A stretch of 64,000 nucleotides of DNA. Source: Salpingoeca rosetta (taxonomy: Eukaryota > Protista > Choanoflagellata). The number at the start of each line of letters is the position of its first letter. Position 1 is the stretch's first letter. This document shows positions 1 through 21,322 of the stretch, piece by piece. Under the pieces are notes generated by a model. That model did not search any database. It saw only the letters and a program-made list of their open reading frames with translations, and was not told the DNA's origin. A program made the position numbers and the translations under genes. The stretch covers positions 479,357 to 543,356 of the forward strand of contig JAWQFM010000019.1 of the NCBI GenBank assembly GCA_033442325.1, given 5' to 3'.

Positions 1-3202
<3,202 letters not shown>

Positions 3203-3322
3203 CGTCGCCCAACGATCGCTGTTGTAATCGTCTGTGTCGTCGACGTGCACACGTGCTGCGCTGTTTTGTGGGCGTTTTCGCTTTCTCTTGCTTCTCGTGT
3301 GCGTGTGTGCGTGTGTGTGTGC

Positions 3323-3358
<36 letters not shown>

Positions 3359-3694
3359 GTGTGTGTGTGTTGAAATGTGATAAACATGAGCGTGCGCGCC
3401 TTTCAGCTGCGCTCTTCTCGCTCCCACTCTCACAACCCCTCTCCCCATTCCACTCATTCCTGCACTCACGCATTCATTTACAGAGCAACACAACACAAAG
3501 CAAAGTAACAGTCAAACACATGTGTCACATCACATCATGTCACACCGTGCGGGAACCAAAGCAATTAGCACACACTCCACATAACCATGAACCCATCCCC
3601 TCTTCCTGCTCTCCCTCTGCATCTCCCCACCTCCATCATCTCGACAGCATCGTATCCCACCTTCTCCACATCTCCACATCTTCACAGCACCGCA

Positions 3695-3849
3695 TCACCC
3701 TTGCAGGCCTGCCACCATATCTGCTGCTGCGTACAGGGCTGTGCGCGCGTCTGTCTCCGCTGCCAGTGCAGCGAGAGCGCGCGGCGTTCGCCTCTCATCG
3801 CCCACGTCGCTCGCAGTGCCTGTGGGGGGGGGGGGGGGGGAAGGGTGCC

Positions 3850-3902
<53 letters not shown>

Positions 3903-4131
3903 GGTGTTGTTGTTGTTGGGAATGGGCTGTGAACCAGGGAGCACATTTCACAGATAGATAGATAGGCGGCCAGCCGTTCACGCATTAAGAGACAGACGGA
4001 CACGCAGACACACACAACAGCGTACGCNNNNNNNNNNNNNNNNNNNNNNNNNNNNNNNNNNNNNNNNNNNNNNNNNNNNNNNNNNNNNNNNNNNNNNNNN
4101 NNNNNNNNNNNNNNNNNNNNNNNNNNNATCT

Positions 4132-4190
<59 letters not shown>

Positions 4191-4690
4191 AGATAATAAC
4201 AAGACATGCAGATGTTTGGAGGAGCGGTGTGGCGTGGAACAGACCCAAACGCCCATGGTACCAGCTGCACCAACAGACAGACAGACAGACAGACACGCGA
4301 GCGTGCTATCCACCTTGCATGTGGGGCGCTGATATCGATGATGTGCGCACAGCGGTGACCTGTGGGAACAGAGACCACCTCTGGATATGAGCGCAGCAGC
4401 TCCTGCACCACTCGCTGCCGTTCAGCGTTGACACGCGCATACTGTGTGTATGTGTTTGGGATGATGTGCAACGTGTGAGCAGCTCGAAGCTGATTGGATG
4501 GCGTGGCGACATGCGTACGCAGCGACTCTTGTGCACACACACACACACACACGCACAACAGCTCGCCCTACCTGTGCGAATCCTTGAAAGAACAACTGTG
4601 GGCTGCGAGATCGTTCAACCCTGAGCGAAGCAGCACCACGCACATTCATGTTCACGTTACATGTTTCATAAAGATGAGGGGAAGGCGTTG

Positions 4691-4755
<65 letters not shown>

Positions 4756-5720
4756 GGAAATCACAACCGCACACTTCCGTGCACGCGTGCCATGAACGTT
4801 CAGCATGCACACCACACCCGAAATCAACTGACCGCTGCACAAAGCGTGAGAGCTCTGGCTTGCAGATATCATCAACATGCGCCGCCACACGCTCAATGGT
4901 TTGGCTCTGTGTTGATGCATGTCGGGCATGAGAAACCACGAGAAGTGAGCAGGTCGGGATCTTGGAGTACAGTATAAGCAATCGCTTGACACGCTCCCAA
5001 GCATACACCGACACACACACACACACATACGCACATAGACAGACAGACACATACGCACTGTTCGCTGTTCGTTGACGGCAAAGGTAAGGAAGAAGCCGAG
5101 GCCATGGCAGGTTCCCTTCAGGTTGTATGTGCGGTGTGTTCCAGTGTTACTGATGGCGGCGCCTTCTGGATTCCTGGTCACTGATGTGGTGACTTCTGTG
5201 AACGTGATTCCAGACAGGCTGGCCATGGTCTTGACATGGCCGAGCGCATCGTCCACTTCCACGTGTTGCACGGACTTGTGAGGCGCAGGCCTGTCTTTGT
5301 CGCCCTCGGTTGTCTGTTCCGCTGTCAGCAGCTGCTTCCTGCACGCACGCATGCACGCACGCGACAACGCACAGTAATTGACATGAGGAGTGAAAGCAGA
5401 GCAGCAGCAGCAGCAGCAATGAAGGTAGATACCTCAGGGAGTGGTGCGAACCAGGCAAGCAGCAAGCCCAGGGACAGTCGGCAAGCAAGCAGCCAAACAG
5501 CAACCCACTGCACGACTGACATGATGGCATCTACGTGGTGCTGGTCCACGGACTCCTCCTGGGCGGCGGCCCATTCCTTTCGCAGCTGCGTCACCTCTTT
5601 TCTCAACGCAGCCACACGCGCAGCGAGATCCCGCGTCCTCCCACTGCGTGCCTGCATCGCCGCTATGCCGCTTGTGCCGCTTGTGCCGCTGCTGGTCGTG
5701 GTTGTCGTCGTGGTCGCCAT
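3695..5720 (-). CDS. CENPP: Centromere protein P (CENP-P/Ctf19-like) homolog, multi-exon
   Basis: N-terminal coiled coil (LAARVAALRKEVTQLRKEW), then SLSGITFTEV..HRTYNLKGTCHGLGFFLTFAVNE | TIERVAAHVDDICKPELSRFVQR | VERSRSPQLFFQGFAQ | YARVNAERQRVVQELLRSYPEVV, last exon TPRALAALAAETDARTALYAAADMVAGLQG*. This is collinear with CENP-P as I recall it (HRLSGNCH..FQLEF, SELSEFVSR, LFMFFRSL, KYP). An alternative start is at 5657. Confidence 0.7.
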
Positions 5721-5995
5721 CGTTGTTGTTTGCTGGATGCGGCTGTTTGCTGGATGCGGCTGCTGGATGCACTTCGTATTCGCCAGCAACGACCAGCAAA
5801 GACCGTTACTGCAATTTGTGGTGTCGTTTGGGACATCTGTGTTTGGATTTCTCGGTTGCTTGCGGTGTGTGCTGACTGTTCATTCACCCCCCTGCTTTGC
5901 TTTGCTTGCTTCACTTGTGGCACGATCACCTTTGCGCGGCTCTCCCCGACCTTGTTGTACAGACACAAGGTGCGACAGACAGACAGACAGACACC

Positions 5996-7529
5996 ATGGC
6001 CACGACAGATATGGCGGCGTATTGCTTTGGTGTGTTGGAGTCACACCTGCACGACAAGGACCACCCGGAGCCTTCCTTCGACGATGGCGAATTGTGAGAC
6101 AGCCAACGTTGCACTTGCTGCCTGGCTGTTGTCGTTGCAGCGTTGTTGTCGTTGTTGTCTTTGCTGATTGTTGGTCGCTGCACCACAGCTGTTGTCATAT
6201 CTCGTTTCTCTTGGTTTCTTTTCGTTCCCTTGGCACCTTCCACGGCCACATCTGTGCTTCTTCTCCTTGCTTTGCGTTGGTCATCTGTTTCCACCCCATA
6301 TGCTCACACAACTTTGTCCCACTCGTATGGCCTGGTGTGGTTTTGTTGCTGTTTCTCTTTGCCCTCACCTCACCGCTCTCGCTCCATCAGCCCGCTCTTT
6401 GTGACTTGGAAGAAGTGGCACGACCGCTACGAGGACTGGGTCCTGCGCGGTTGCATCGGCACCTTCTCTCCCACACCCCTCCACGAAGGTCTTCGCGAAT
6501 TTGCGCTCACAAGGTACGCAAGCCCCCGGCGGATCACAGTGCTAATGGGTGTCTTGCTGCGTGTCTTTCGCTTGCCTGGCTGTCGCTTGTCTTGCGCTGC
6601 TGCTGCTTGTCTGCTGTTGGATCAGCTGTATCCTGGCTTGCTTGCTTGCTGGCTGGCTTGCTTGCTTGCTGGCTTGCTTGCTGGTTTTTCAGCCCCCGTC
6701 GCCCCGCCCTCAACCTTTGCCCACCTCTTGCTGCAACAATGCAGTGCGCTGAGGGACACGAGGTTTGATCCCGTGTCGCGGGAAGAGCTCGCCACGCTGC
6801 AGTGCGGCATCTCCCTCCTCACAAACTTTGAGGATGCAGAACACCACCTCGACTGGGAGGTATGTCGCTTGCAATCATGAGCATATGGATGTCCGATGAT
6901 GTGTTCGATGATGTGCATTGACTTGTGCTGACGTGCATTGATTTGCGTTGGTTGCGTTTGCTGTGCAACCCACTGGCTCTTTCGCTCTGCTTGTCACAGT
7001 TCCTCTGGCTGCTCACAGCCTGGTGCTTCTTCGTGATTATCTGCTTCTGTGCTGACTCATATTGGTGATACGCATGTGGATGGCATCTGGATGGCAGGTG
7101 GGCACACACGGCATTTGGATCGAGTTCAAGCACGAGAGTGGCCGCAAGCGCACGGCCACGTTCCTCCCCGAAGTCATGCCAGAGCAAGGTGCGTGCGTGC
7201 GTGCGTGTGTGTGTGTGTACATGTGTGTGTGTGCATGTTTGCATGCCGTTGTTTGTTGCACCAACCATATGAAGCAAGGAGTAGGGCGATGGGTCGCACC
7301 CTTGTGTTCCCGTGTCGGTTTCTCATTCATCCCCCCCCCTTTCCCGCTACAACACGCAGGTTGGAGCAAAGTGGAGGCCATTGACGCTTTGCTGCGCAAG
7401 GGCGGCTACACATCCAAGATCACGGAGGAGTACAGGAAGACTGTCAAGCTCACCCGCTACAAGAGCCACAAGATTGCACTCTCATATGAGGAGTGGAAGA
7501 CCGCTGCATCATCGTCAAAGTCCGACTGA
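5996..7529 (+). CDS. AMMECR1: AMMECR1 family protein (5 exons)
   Basis: MATTDMAAYCFGVL..., PLFVTWKK, the invariant LRGCIG, SALRDTRF, SLLTNFE, VGTHGI, ATFLPEV, WSKVEAIDALLRKGG, LTRY; stop at 7529. Confidence 0.95.
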
Positions 7530-7673
7530 AACAACGCCCCCCCCCCCATCTCTGGTGCTCTGTTTATGTTCTGGTTATGTTCCCCTTCAATGGCGTGACT
7601 GTGTTTGACGTGTGCTGATGTGTGCTGAGCTGTTGTTGCATTCGATCTTGACTTGCTCCTTCTTCGCACTTGC

Positions 7674-7737
<64 letters not shown>

Positions 7738-8319
7738 CATGTGACGACCCCTTTACCGCCGCGCTCGTATCGCGCCCCCTTCCCTTCCTTATTCATGCAC
7801 TGTTATTTGGCGTTGTTGCGTGGTGGCCCTACTCAATGTGCGCTTTTGCTGTTGTTGCCTGACCTTGGTCGTGTACTGGGTGTGTCCCTGACCTGCTGCA
7901 CGCTCCCCCGTGCACACATGAACAACACCGTGAAGACAAAAAGTAAAACAGTCACGAAAACCTCAGTGAGAGAGCCGCCCCAAATGACTCAAGCGCGTCG
8001 TCCAGGAATGAATGATGCAAACATGCGAGCACGGCGCAGCAGCGACAGGGGAGGGGCGTGCCCTCTCAAGCAAACAACAAAACCGAAAGAACTAACGTAG
8101 GGCGCAAGCCGGACACAGGGAACCAAAGAGAGGAGAAGGAACTCAGGAATAGGTGTCACGTCATGTCAACAAATTCAAAGTAGGTAAAAGTGGCGTGGGG
8201 GTTGGTGGATTGGAAATGGGGTCAACGCGTACAGCTGACACGTTGCGTGCAAGCAAGCAAGCAAGCAAGCATCACCAACAACGTGTTGTTGTTGTTGTCG
8301 CAACCGCTGCTGTCGCCGC

Positions 8320-12318
<3,999 letters not shown>

Positions 12319-12592
12319 GACGACTGCTTTGCTGGTTGCTGGTTGCTGGCGGCGGTGGAGCGAAGACAACAAGACGATGAAAGGAAGGAAGCAGAGGTGG
12401 CGCGATATTGGGCACAAACAGGAACAGAAGCGAGGGAAAAAAGGCACGTGGTGGATAGGATGGAGAGGCCTTCAGAGTGCGCACTTTGTGTGGGGAATTG
12501 CCAGGGAGCGACGAAACATACACTGCACACGGGAAACATACGCAAACCACCACTGCAAGAAGAAGAGAAGAAGAGAAGAGACAAGCGAGAGG

Positions 12593-13870
12593 ATGATGAT
12601 GGCTGGTGTGACCCGTGTTGCTGGCCGGCGGTGGCTCTCTGCCGCTGCTGCCGCAACAGCCACGGCTGCTGAGACCCGCGTCACCACGCTCAACAACGGC
12701 TTCCGTGTCGTCACAGAGCAGGTGTGCTTTCTGATGCAGTGATGTGTGTGTGTTGGGAGTGTGTGTTGGGAGGGGGGGGGAGCCTGCAGTCAAGTGTGAA
12801 GGGTGGTGTGAAGGGTGGTGTGGTTGCAGAGTGTTGCATCGTCGGGGGGACAATGAGTGACACTGGCTCACGCCCGCCTGCATGTCCGCACACACTGCAT
12901 TGGCCTTTGCGAATTGTGTTTGGTTGGACGTGTGTGTGTGTTTGTGTAGACGCCGCACCAGACGGCCNNNNNNNNNNNNNNNNNNNNNNNNNNNNNNNNN
13001 NNNNNNNNNNNNNNNNNNNNNNNNNNNNNNNNNNNNNNNNNNNNNNNNNNNNNNNNNNNNNNNNNNNNNNNNNNNNNNNNNNNNNNNNNNNNNNNNNNNN
13101 NNNNNNNNNNNNNNNNNNNNNNNNNNNNNNNNNNNNNNNNNNNNNNNNNNNNNNNNNNNNNNNNNNNNNNNNNNNNNNNNNNNNNNNNNNNNNNNNNNNN
13201 NNNNNNNNNNNNNNNNNNNNNNNNNNNNNNNNNNNNNNNNNNNNNNNNNNNNNNNNNNNNNNNNNNNNNNNNNNNNNNNNNNNNNNNNNNNNNNNNNNNN
13301 NNNNNNNNNNNNNNNNNNNNNNNNNNNNNNNNNNNNNNNNNNNNNNNNNNNNNNNNNNNNNNNNNNNNNNNNNNNNNNNNNNNNNNNNNNNNNNNNNNNN
13401 NNNNNNNNNNNNNNNNNNNNNNNNNNNNNNNNNNNNNNNNNNNNNNNNNNNNNNNNNNNNNNNNNNNNNNNNNNNNNNNNNNNNNNNNNNNNNNNNNNNN
13501 NNNNNNNNNNNNNNNNNNNNNNNNNNNNNNNNNNNNNNNNNNNNNNNNNNNNNNNNNNNNNNNNNNNNNNNNNNNNNNNNNNNNNNNNNNNNNNNNNNNN
13601 NNNNNNNNNNNNNNNNNNNNNNNNNNNNNNNNNNNNNNNNNNNNNNNNNNNNNNNNNNNNNNNNNNNNNNNNNNNNNNNNNNNNNNNNNNNNNNNNNNNN
13701 NNNNNNNNNNNNNNNNNNNNNNNNNNNNNNNNNNNNNGCTCACACGACGAATTGCTTGTCTGTGCTGCTGTGCTGTGCAGAACTCCCCACTCGGCTACAC
13801 CATCCTCGGCCCCGAGGAGAACATCAAGTCAGTCAAGTCAACACACGGTCATGTACCGTCATGCAACATG

Positions 13871-13929
<59 letters not shown>

Positions 13930-14306
13930 GAAGCAAAACATTGTGCTGTCTCGCCACAACCACCCCTCTACACTCACCACCCCTCCTTTCCAAAACATGA
14001 TGCTCACGCCACGCACGCATCCCGCCACTGCAGGTCCATCTCGCGCGAGGACCTGATCAAGTACGTGGAGACGTACTACACGGGCCCGCGCATGGTGCTG
14101 GTTGGCACGGGCGGCGTCGACCACGACCAGCTCGTTGCTGCCGCTGAGAAGGCGTTTGGCGGCCTCTCCGCCGACGACAAGGCCCCCGCCGTCACCACAT
14201 CCGACTTCCACGGCTCCGAGGTGCGTTGCATTCGTGTGTGCACGTGTTTGTGTGAGTATGTGCGTGTGTGTTTGTGTGAGTATGTGTGTGAATGTGAGTG
14301 AGTGAG

Positions 14307-14343
<37 letters not shown>

Positions 14344-16041
14344 CTGTGTGAATGTGTGGCTGATGCAACAATTCATCCCAGGTCATCGTGCATCACCTAC
14401 ATTGCCCACCACGTCCCTAACCGATGTGTGTGTGTGTGTGTGTGTGTGTGCAGCTGCGCTTCCGCGATGACAGCGAGCAGACGGCCAAGTTTGCGATTGC
14501 CGTTGAGGGCGTCAGCTGGAGCGATCCCGACTTTTACTCCATGCTCGTCGGCTCATCCGTACGTTGGGCAGATGTCATGGAGATTCTTCTGCGTGTTACT
14601 GCTGCTGTCACTGCTGCTGTCGTGCTTACTACAGCCTCCTTGCTTGCTTCCACGTGTCTTTGCAAGCGGATGAGTTTTGCCACCTCACACATCCTGTCCT
14701 CCTTCCCATCACACATGCGCACTCACCCTCACTCTCCTCATCCATCGTGACGATGCAAAACACCACCAACACCACCAACACCACCAACACTACCAACACT
14801 ACCAACACTACCAACACTACCCATGTGTGTGTGTGTGTGTGCGTGCGTGTGTGCACAGCTTGTTGGCAGCTGGGACCGCAACTTTGGCGGCTCAGCCAAC
14901 CTGTCGTCCCCGCTTGCCCGCCTCGCTGCGGAGCACTCGCTGGCCCACAACTACATGTCGTTCCAGACGTCGTACACGGACACGGGCCTGTGGGGCTGCT
15001 ACGCCGTCACGGACTACGACAAGATTGAGGACTTTGCCTACGCCCTCACCCAGGAGTGGCTGCGCCTGGCCAACGTATGTTATGTGCTGCTGGCTGGAAG
15101 GCGTGACCAGGGGGTTGATGGGTTGATGTGGCGCAGGCTTGCTTGGAAGCAACGAGTCGCGTGTGACCCGCAATGTTCTCGTCTGTGTTCCTTTCTGTGT
15201 TGTCTTCTCTTTCATAACTTATGTCCGCAATGGATATCCTGTTCTCCACATACCGCTCGTCCGTGCCGCGGTGTTCAGGGCGCGACGGATGCCGAGGTTG
15301 AGCGCGTGAAGCGCCAGCTCAAGTCCCAGCTCATCTTCTCCGTCGACAGTACGTAACACACACACACACACACACAGACAGAGTGCCGATGTGTTGTTTT
15401 TGTTCCTTGCTGCTGTCATCGAGCGTATTGTCACTTGTGTGGTCACGGTGACCACTGCATTGTGACACTATTTGACCACCGCAGAACGTGTTCTCCCACG
15501 TGAATAACATCACCTCTTTCGACGCTTTCTCCCCACCCTCTCCAATTGCCATCGCAACAGGTGCACAGGCGGCCAACGATGAGATTGGACGGCAGATTCT
15601 GACCCTGGGTCGCCGCGTCCCTGCTGCCGAGATCAACGCCCTCCTCGACGTGAGCAGCCCTCAGTACACGCTGCTGCATGTTGTTGTTTAAGTTGTTGTT
15701 TGTTTCAGTTGTTGTTTAAGTTGTTGTTGTTGCTGTTGCTGATGATGATGGTGGCGACGGTGGTCACACACGCACACACACACACACACACGCACGCACA
15801 CACACATATGTGCCTGATTGTCTTCGCTTTTCTGTTGACCCAAATCATTTCCGCTCCTCTTCCCCTTCCCTCTACCCCCTCTTCTTTTTTGGTTTTACAG
15901 TCTGTGAGCTCGTCGACTGTGCGGTCTGCGATGGACAAGTACGTGTACGACCGCTGCCCGGCCGTCGCCGCCATTGGACCCGTCGAGCAGCTCCCAGACT
16001 ACAACCGCCTCCGCAGCAACCTCGTCTGGCTCCGCACCTGA
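12593..16041 (+). CDS. PMPCB: Mitochondrial processing peptidase beta subunit / UQCRC1-like (M16B), interrupted by an assembly gap
   Basis: Presequence-like MMMAGVTRVAGRRWLS, ETRVTTLNNGFRVVTE, SPLGYTILGPEENIK, YTGPRMVLVGTGGVDH, FQTSYTDTGLWG, EIGRQILTLGRR, IGPVEQLPDYNRLRSNLVWLRT*. The HxxEH region would fall in the gap 12968-13737, so catalytic status cannot be seen. Confidence 0.93.
12968..13737. other. Assembly gap; others at 2452-2551, 4028-4127, 23503-24443, 39251-40223, 42653-42752, 47056-47155, 49965-50064 and 57003-57245
   Basis: N runs, mostly flanked by (CA)/(TG) microsatellites. Confidence 0.99.
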
Positions 16042-16576
16042 GCATACGCACCAACACACGTCATCCAACCAACCAACCGTCCAGCCAACCAACCAACCAA
16101 CAAACACCTTTGGATCATCCCCCTTCCTGCTCCCAAACAACCCTTGCATCCTGCAGCCAAGCTTGTCCCTTCAGCATCCTCTGTCCTTGCTCTGTGCTAT
16201 GATGTCGCGTTCTGCGTGCTCATCTGCTGTTGATGTTGTGGTGCTGTGATGAGCATCTTGGTGTTTATGCAGCTACTGTCGTCGTGACATCACATCACAC
16301 GTGTTTGTTCGTCACTTCACACATGTGTTTGTTTTTCTGTATGCACCTCGTCAGTGCTCTGTGCTGCGAATGCCATTGCCTGTTGTCGTTGTGATAAGTG
16401 TTTCTGTTGTCGCTTGTTCGGTTTCGTCTAAAGCATGAAGAGAAGAAGAATGAAGCAATAGCGCGTATGCTCAATCATGTCATGTCATTTCATGTGGAAC
16501 AGGGGCGTCAACAGAATGCTTGCACGAAGCTGCTGCATTATTGACAATCATACATGCAGTCGTGTTGCCTCGCCTG

Positions 16577-16618
<42 letters not shown>

Positions 16619-16708
16619 CTCACACACACACACACACACACACACACGCATACACATACACACACGCACACACGCACACACACATTATGCACACACATAC
16701 GCCGGCTC

Positions 16709-17491
16709 TCAAATCTCCAACCCGGCAAACCTGTTCTGGGCACTGCTGACACTGCTGTTCTTCGACTGCTTTGTTTTGTTACCACTGTGCTTGCCACCTC
16801 TCCCTGCTGCGCGTTGCTTTCCCTTTCCGTGCTTCGGTCGCTGCTGCTGCTGCTGTGACCATCCCCCCTGCTGTCTGTGATTGTGTGGTGCCTGTGTCTG
16901 CGTCTGCTGCCGTCGCAGCATCTCTCGGGCAGCTGTTGCCACGTGTGCTAGAACAGCTCCGCATGTGCCGCCCCACACCGCAGCATACTCCGTTTGTGTG
17001 CATGCCGAGCCACGTGCATCAGTTGCAGTGCGTGTGTCGGGTTTGCTGACGTCACCACATGCAAATGCACGAAACGCGTGTGCGTCAAAGAGACGACTGG
17101 AGAGCCACGCCAGCTGCAACACACCAGCATCGTCATCATCATCGCTTTCATCGTCATCGTTGTCGTTGTCATCATCATCATCACAGACACGCCCACACTC
17201 ATCACGATCGTGCGCTGATGGTGCACTCGAGTTCTCTGTGCACATGTGCAGTTTGCGCACACCGGCGACAAGGACCGCAAACGCCTGCACGGTCGTCTGC
17301 CACTTGCTCAGGTCATCAAGCAACAGCGTCGTGGCGTGTTCCTCGTCACTGCACTCACCACCGACACCAACACCAGCACCACTCCTCGCTGGGCTGCTTG
17401 TTGTCTGCTGTTGGCCCAGGCCATCAGAGCTCCTCTGTTGGAACAGCATGCGGCCCCTCGCCACAGCCGCATCATAAACAGAGCTGTCAAG

Positions 17492-17580
<89 letters not shown>

Positions 17581-20473
17581 GCGAAAGCAGCAATGCCTGC
17601 AGTAGACGTGATAGCGTTCGCGTGTGCCGTGCTGCCGCCGCGTTGTGAAGCGACGCAAACACGGCAACAAGCACCCCTGCAGTCCAACATGCGTGCCATA
17701 GTGCTGCTCTGCCCGACAGCTCACGCCGCTGCCGTTGGTGCTGGTGCGGCTGTTGTTTGTGTTGCTGTGACTGCTGTTGCCGTAGACAGGGTCCATGTGT
17801 GTGGAAGTCGCAGTACTGCCGGCTCAGCATATCTGCCAGCGCTGGCAGCAGCAGCCCAGCATCCCGTAAGCGCACGAGAAACGCCACGTCTTGTCCATAA
17901 CTCCCCGCCAATGATGCGTCCGATGCTGGTGCTTGTAAGTGCGGCGTTGTGTGTATTGGCGTGGGCTGTGTTGTGCGACGACGGTACTGTGCATGGTGGG
18001 GTACGTGGTACGAGGCACTGCTGCTGCCCGCGCTACCAACACGGCGGTGGCACTGGGAGGCGTCACATCCATAGAAGGTGGTGGTCACCGACACCTTGGT
18101 CACGCCCTCGAGAGGGGAAGGACGGGTGCGTGGTTTGGGAGCTGTGGGAGTGTGCGCTGGCTGCTCTGTCTTCATTGAAGGTGGCGATGATGTTAACATG
18201 ACTGCGGAAGACGATGACGACGGCGACACTTTCGCTGCTGCTGTTGTTGTTGTTGCTGTTGTTGTTGATGCTTCTCCTGCTGCCGATAATAACGAAAGAG
18301 CAGAGGTCAGGGCTTGTGCGGCCGCGTGTTGAAGCAGGGAGCAGGCGAGGGTGTTTGCGTCGATTCCCACGGTGCTGTCAACGGCAGGCTCCGCCCGCCC
18401 CTCCAGCTGCACAAGCAGCTCATAGCGGCGTGAAAGTGGCGCTGTTGAACGGTCGCTGTCTGTGTGGCTGCAGCCCGCTGGAGTGCTGTCTTGCTTGTGC
18501 GAGTGATGACATTCACCATCCCCATTCCCACATGCTGCACCATCATCACCGTGGCGTATGCCATCGTCACCACCATCAACTCTGTCACCATCGTCACCTC
18601 CTTCACCACCACCTTCATCGTCGACTGCTCCTGGCGTGATGTGTTGTGCTGTCTGTAAGTTGCCATGCACTGGCTTGAGCCGTGCCGTGGACACGGAGCA
18701 CGGCAGCAGCACCAAGGCAAGTAGGTTGCCTGTGAGCAAGTAGTGGTTATAGAGGAAGCGTGCCAGCACTAGCCACACGGCATCCTGCAGTTGCTGCCCT
18801 TGTCCAGCAGCAAATGAGAGCCACGATGCATGGCGCTGGTGCACAGATATGAGGTTTGTTGCCGCTGTAGCTGTTGCAGCAGCTGTTGTTGTTGTTGTTG
18901 TTGTTGTTGCCGGCATAGCTGTTGTTGCTGCATGACCTTTGGTGTTGACATGCTCGCTGTCCGTCCTCGCAGCGGCAGTCGAGCCATCGCCGCCACCAGC
19001 ACGCGTCTTTGAGCGTGCATCACACCTGACATCATCATCATCACCACCATCACCAACCACCGCACCCGCAGCCATCTCGCCATCAGCACGGCTGGTCTGC
19101 ATGATGTTGTGGCGCCAGGTCGGGTTGCGGGCAAGGAGCAAACCTGTTGGCAGTGGCACGTCCAGCCACATGCCCGGGCTTGTGTCCTTCGCTGACGACA
19201 GAGCACCCGATATGAGGCGCGGGCTTCCTTCATTGCCCTTTCCTCGCTTCTGAGGTCCTTTCTTGTTCTTGTGCTTCTTGTGCTTCTTGCCCTTCTTGTT
19301 CTTCTTCCCCTGCTGGCTTTGCTGGCCTTGAGGATGACGTTGCACAGTACGCTTGTCAGCGCCATTGCCACCATCCCCTTGCTTCCCTGCACCCTTGCTC
19401 CCCTCTGGGCCCTCTCCCTCTCTCCGCTTCTTCTGCGCGCTCAGCCATCGCTGCCGGGCGGCGGCTACAGCGGTTTGCTGTTGTGCGTACTGGGCAACGC
19501 TGAACCGGAACGCCTTTGCGTTTGCCTTGGAGAGCGGCGATCGAAGTCGAGACAGCACGTGGTCTGCAATGCAACAGGCAAGGTCGTTGTCTGCATGAAC
19601 CGTGGGGTCGGTGGGAGAGTTGTTACTGCTGGGGCTGGTGGCTGTCGCACGGCAGATGTAGCTGCGGTGGTAGGCGCGTGTTGCGGTGTTGACAAGTTCG
19701 GCTGCTGCGCCAAAGCTGCCACCCGTGTGATCGGCGGTGATGAAGTGCCGTGTGTAGTCGTTGCCAACGAGGGTTGCCCATACGCAGAGCTGCGCCTGTG
19801 ACTGCAGTCCCAGCTGTAGCATCAGCGCACGCTGATCGAAGACGACGGCGGAGATGGAGGTGCCATCGTCCGTGGCGCAGAACGAGGAAAGCGGGAGGTA
19901 CCTGGAGTTGTAGATGTAAAAGTCCGAGTCGAGGGTGAGCGCATACCCATCGAGGGCATTGGCGAGCACGGCGATCATGGCGTCGCCTTCGTCGATGCAG
20001 TGGATAAGGCTGATGCGGCGGTGGAAGTTGGCGAGGAGAAGATGGGTCATGTACGCAAACAAGCTTCGAGGCAGCAAGGTGGTGTAGGGGCGAGCACCGG
20101 ATTGGGTGCTCTTCCAGCCCGGCTGCGCGAGCTTGTCGTAGAGGTACTTGGCCAGGCGCACCTGCTGCACGAGTCGGTCCTGCGTCGTGGTCTTCTTCCA
20201 GGCTGGGGATGGCCCGTCCATGACAACGACGACGTGTGAAAAGCAGGCTGCCATGGCCCCCACCTCCTCGAGCACGACCATCTCGAAGCGGTCTGTGTTG
20301 GCGATGGGCATGTCTGCGACATGCGCTCTGCGCGCCAGGTGATAGACGAGCGCATGCCCGTCCACGACCAGCGGGTGTTTCTCGCTGTCTTTGCTCTCTG
20401 CCCTGAACGTCACCCGCTCGCCCAAGCCATTCTTCTTGCCCTGCACAAACCCAGTCAGCCCTTGCACACCCAT
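16709..20473 (-). CDS. ASTE1: Asteroid/ASTE1-like XPG/FEN-type PIN-domain nuclease, intronless, about 1254 aa
   Basis: MGVQGLTGFV, LVVDGHALVY, VVMDG, EGD, LDSDFYIY, LVGNDY acidic active-site motifs. One uninterrupted ORF with low-complexity inserts and a (CAA)n polyQ. Confidence 0.8.
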
Positions 20474-20685
20474 CTGCGCTGTTGTTGTTGTTGTTTGTTG
20501 TGTGAAGCACACGACAAGAATGGTCATTCATCAACGACGAGGGGAGTCATTGAAGTGAAAGGAAGGAGGTCAGCAGACAGAAGGGGAGCAAGGCTGGAAT
20601 ATTGAACGACCAACAGACGCCAGGCAGTGGTACCACTGTAAGAAAGGTGTCAGATAACACAAATCACACACAAATCACACACAAA

Positions 20686-20745
<60 letters not shown>

Positions 20746-21259
20746 CACGAATGAGAGCAATACAGGCAAAGGGAGTGCAAAAGGAAGCGGCCACAGAGCT
20801 GGCTAGAAGACGGGAAAGCAAACAGACAAGCAAGCACGCTGGTGCCGGGCACTGGGTCTACATCATTCAGTACTTCTTTGACACACAGGTTGCTGCCATT
20901 CCTCTCTTGTGCAGCACACAAGGTAAACAGCACGTTAGACGGGGGTGGAAGGGGACTTGGGGTCTGCGCAGGAGAGCTGGCGCTGCAAATGTGCAACCTG
21001 CTCACGCAGCCGCTGGTTTGCGCGCGCAAGCGCCATGCTCCGGGTAACAGCGCCGCCACCAGCCCGCATGCGTACATCACCACCACCACCACCACCGCCG
21101 TCACCACCATTGCCCTCTGTCGCTGACGTCGTTGTCGGCAGGTAGAGGGAGTGTGGGCGGCGAGATGGCCCTGAGCCGGCAAGCATCTGCCGCAAGGGTG
21201 GGGTAGGTGCAAACTTTTCGTCATCAGATGCGACAATTTCATCACACACAACACACACA

Positions 21260-21322
<63 letters not shown>

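Noticed and set aside
5236-6768. 510-aa + strand ORF
   Set aside because: It is antisense to CENP-P exons and out of frame or intronic for AMMECR1, with no coherent protein features.
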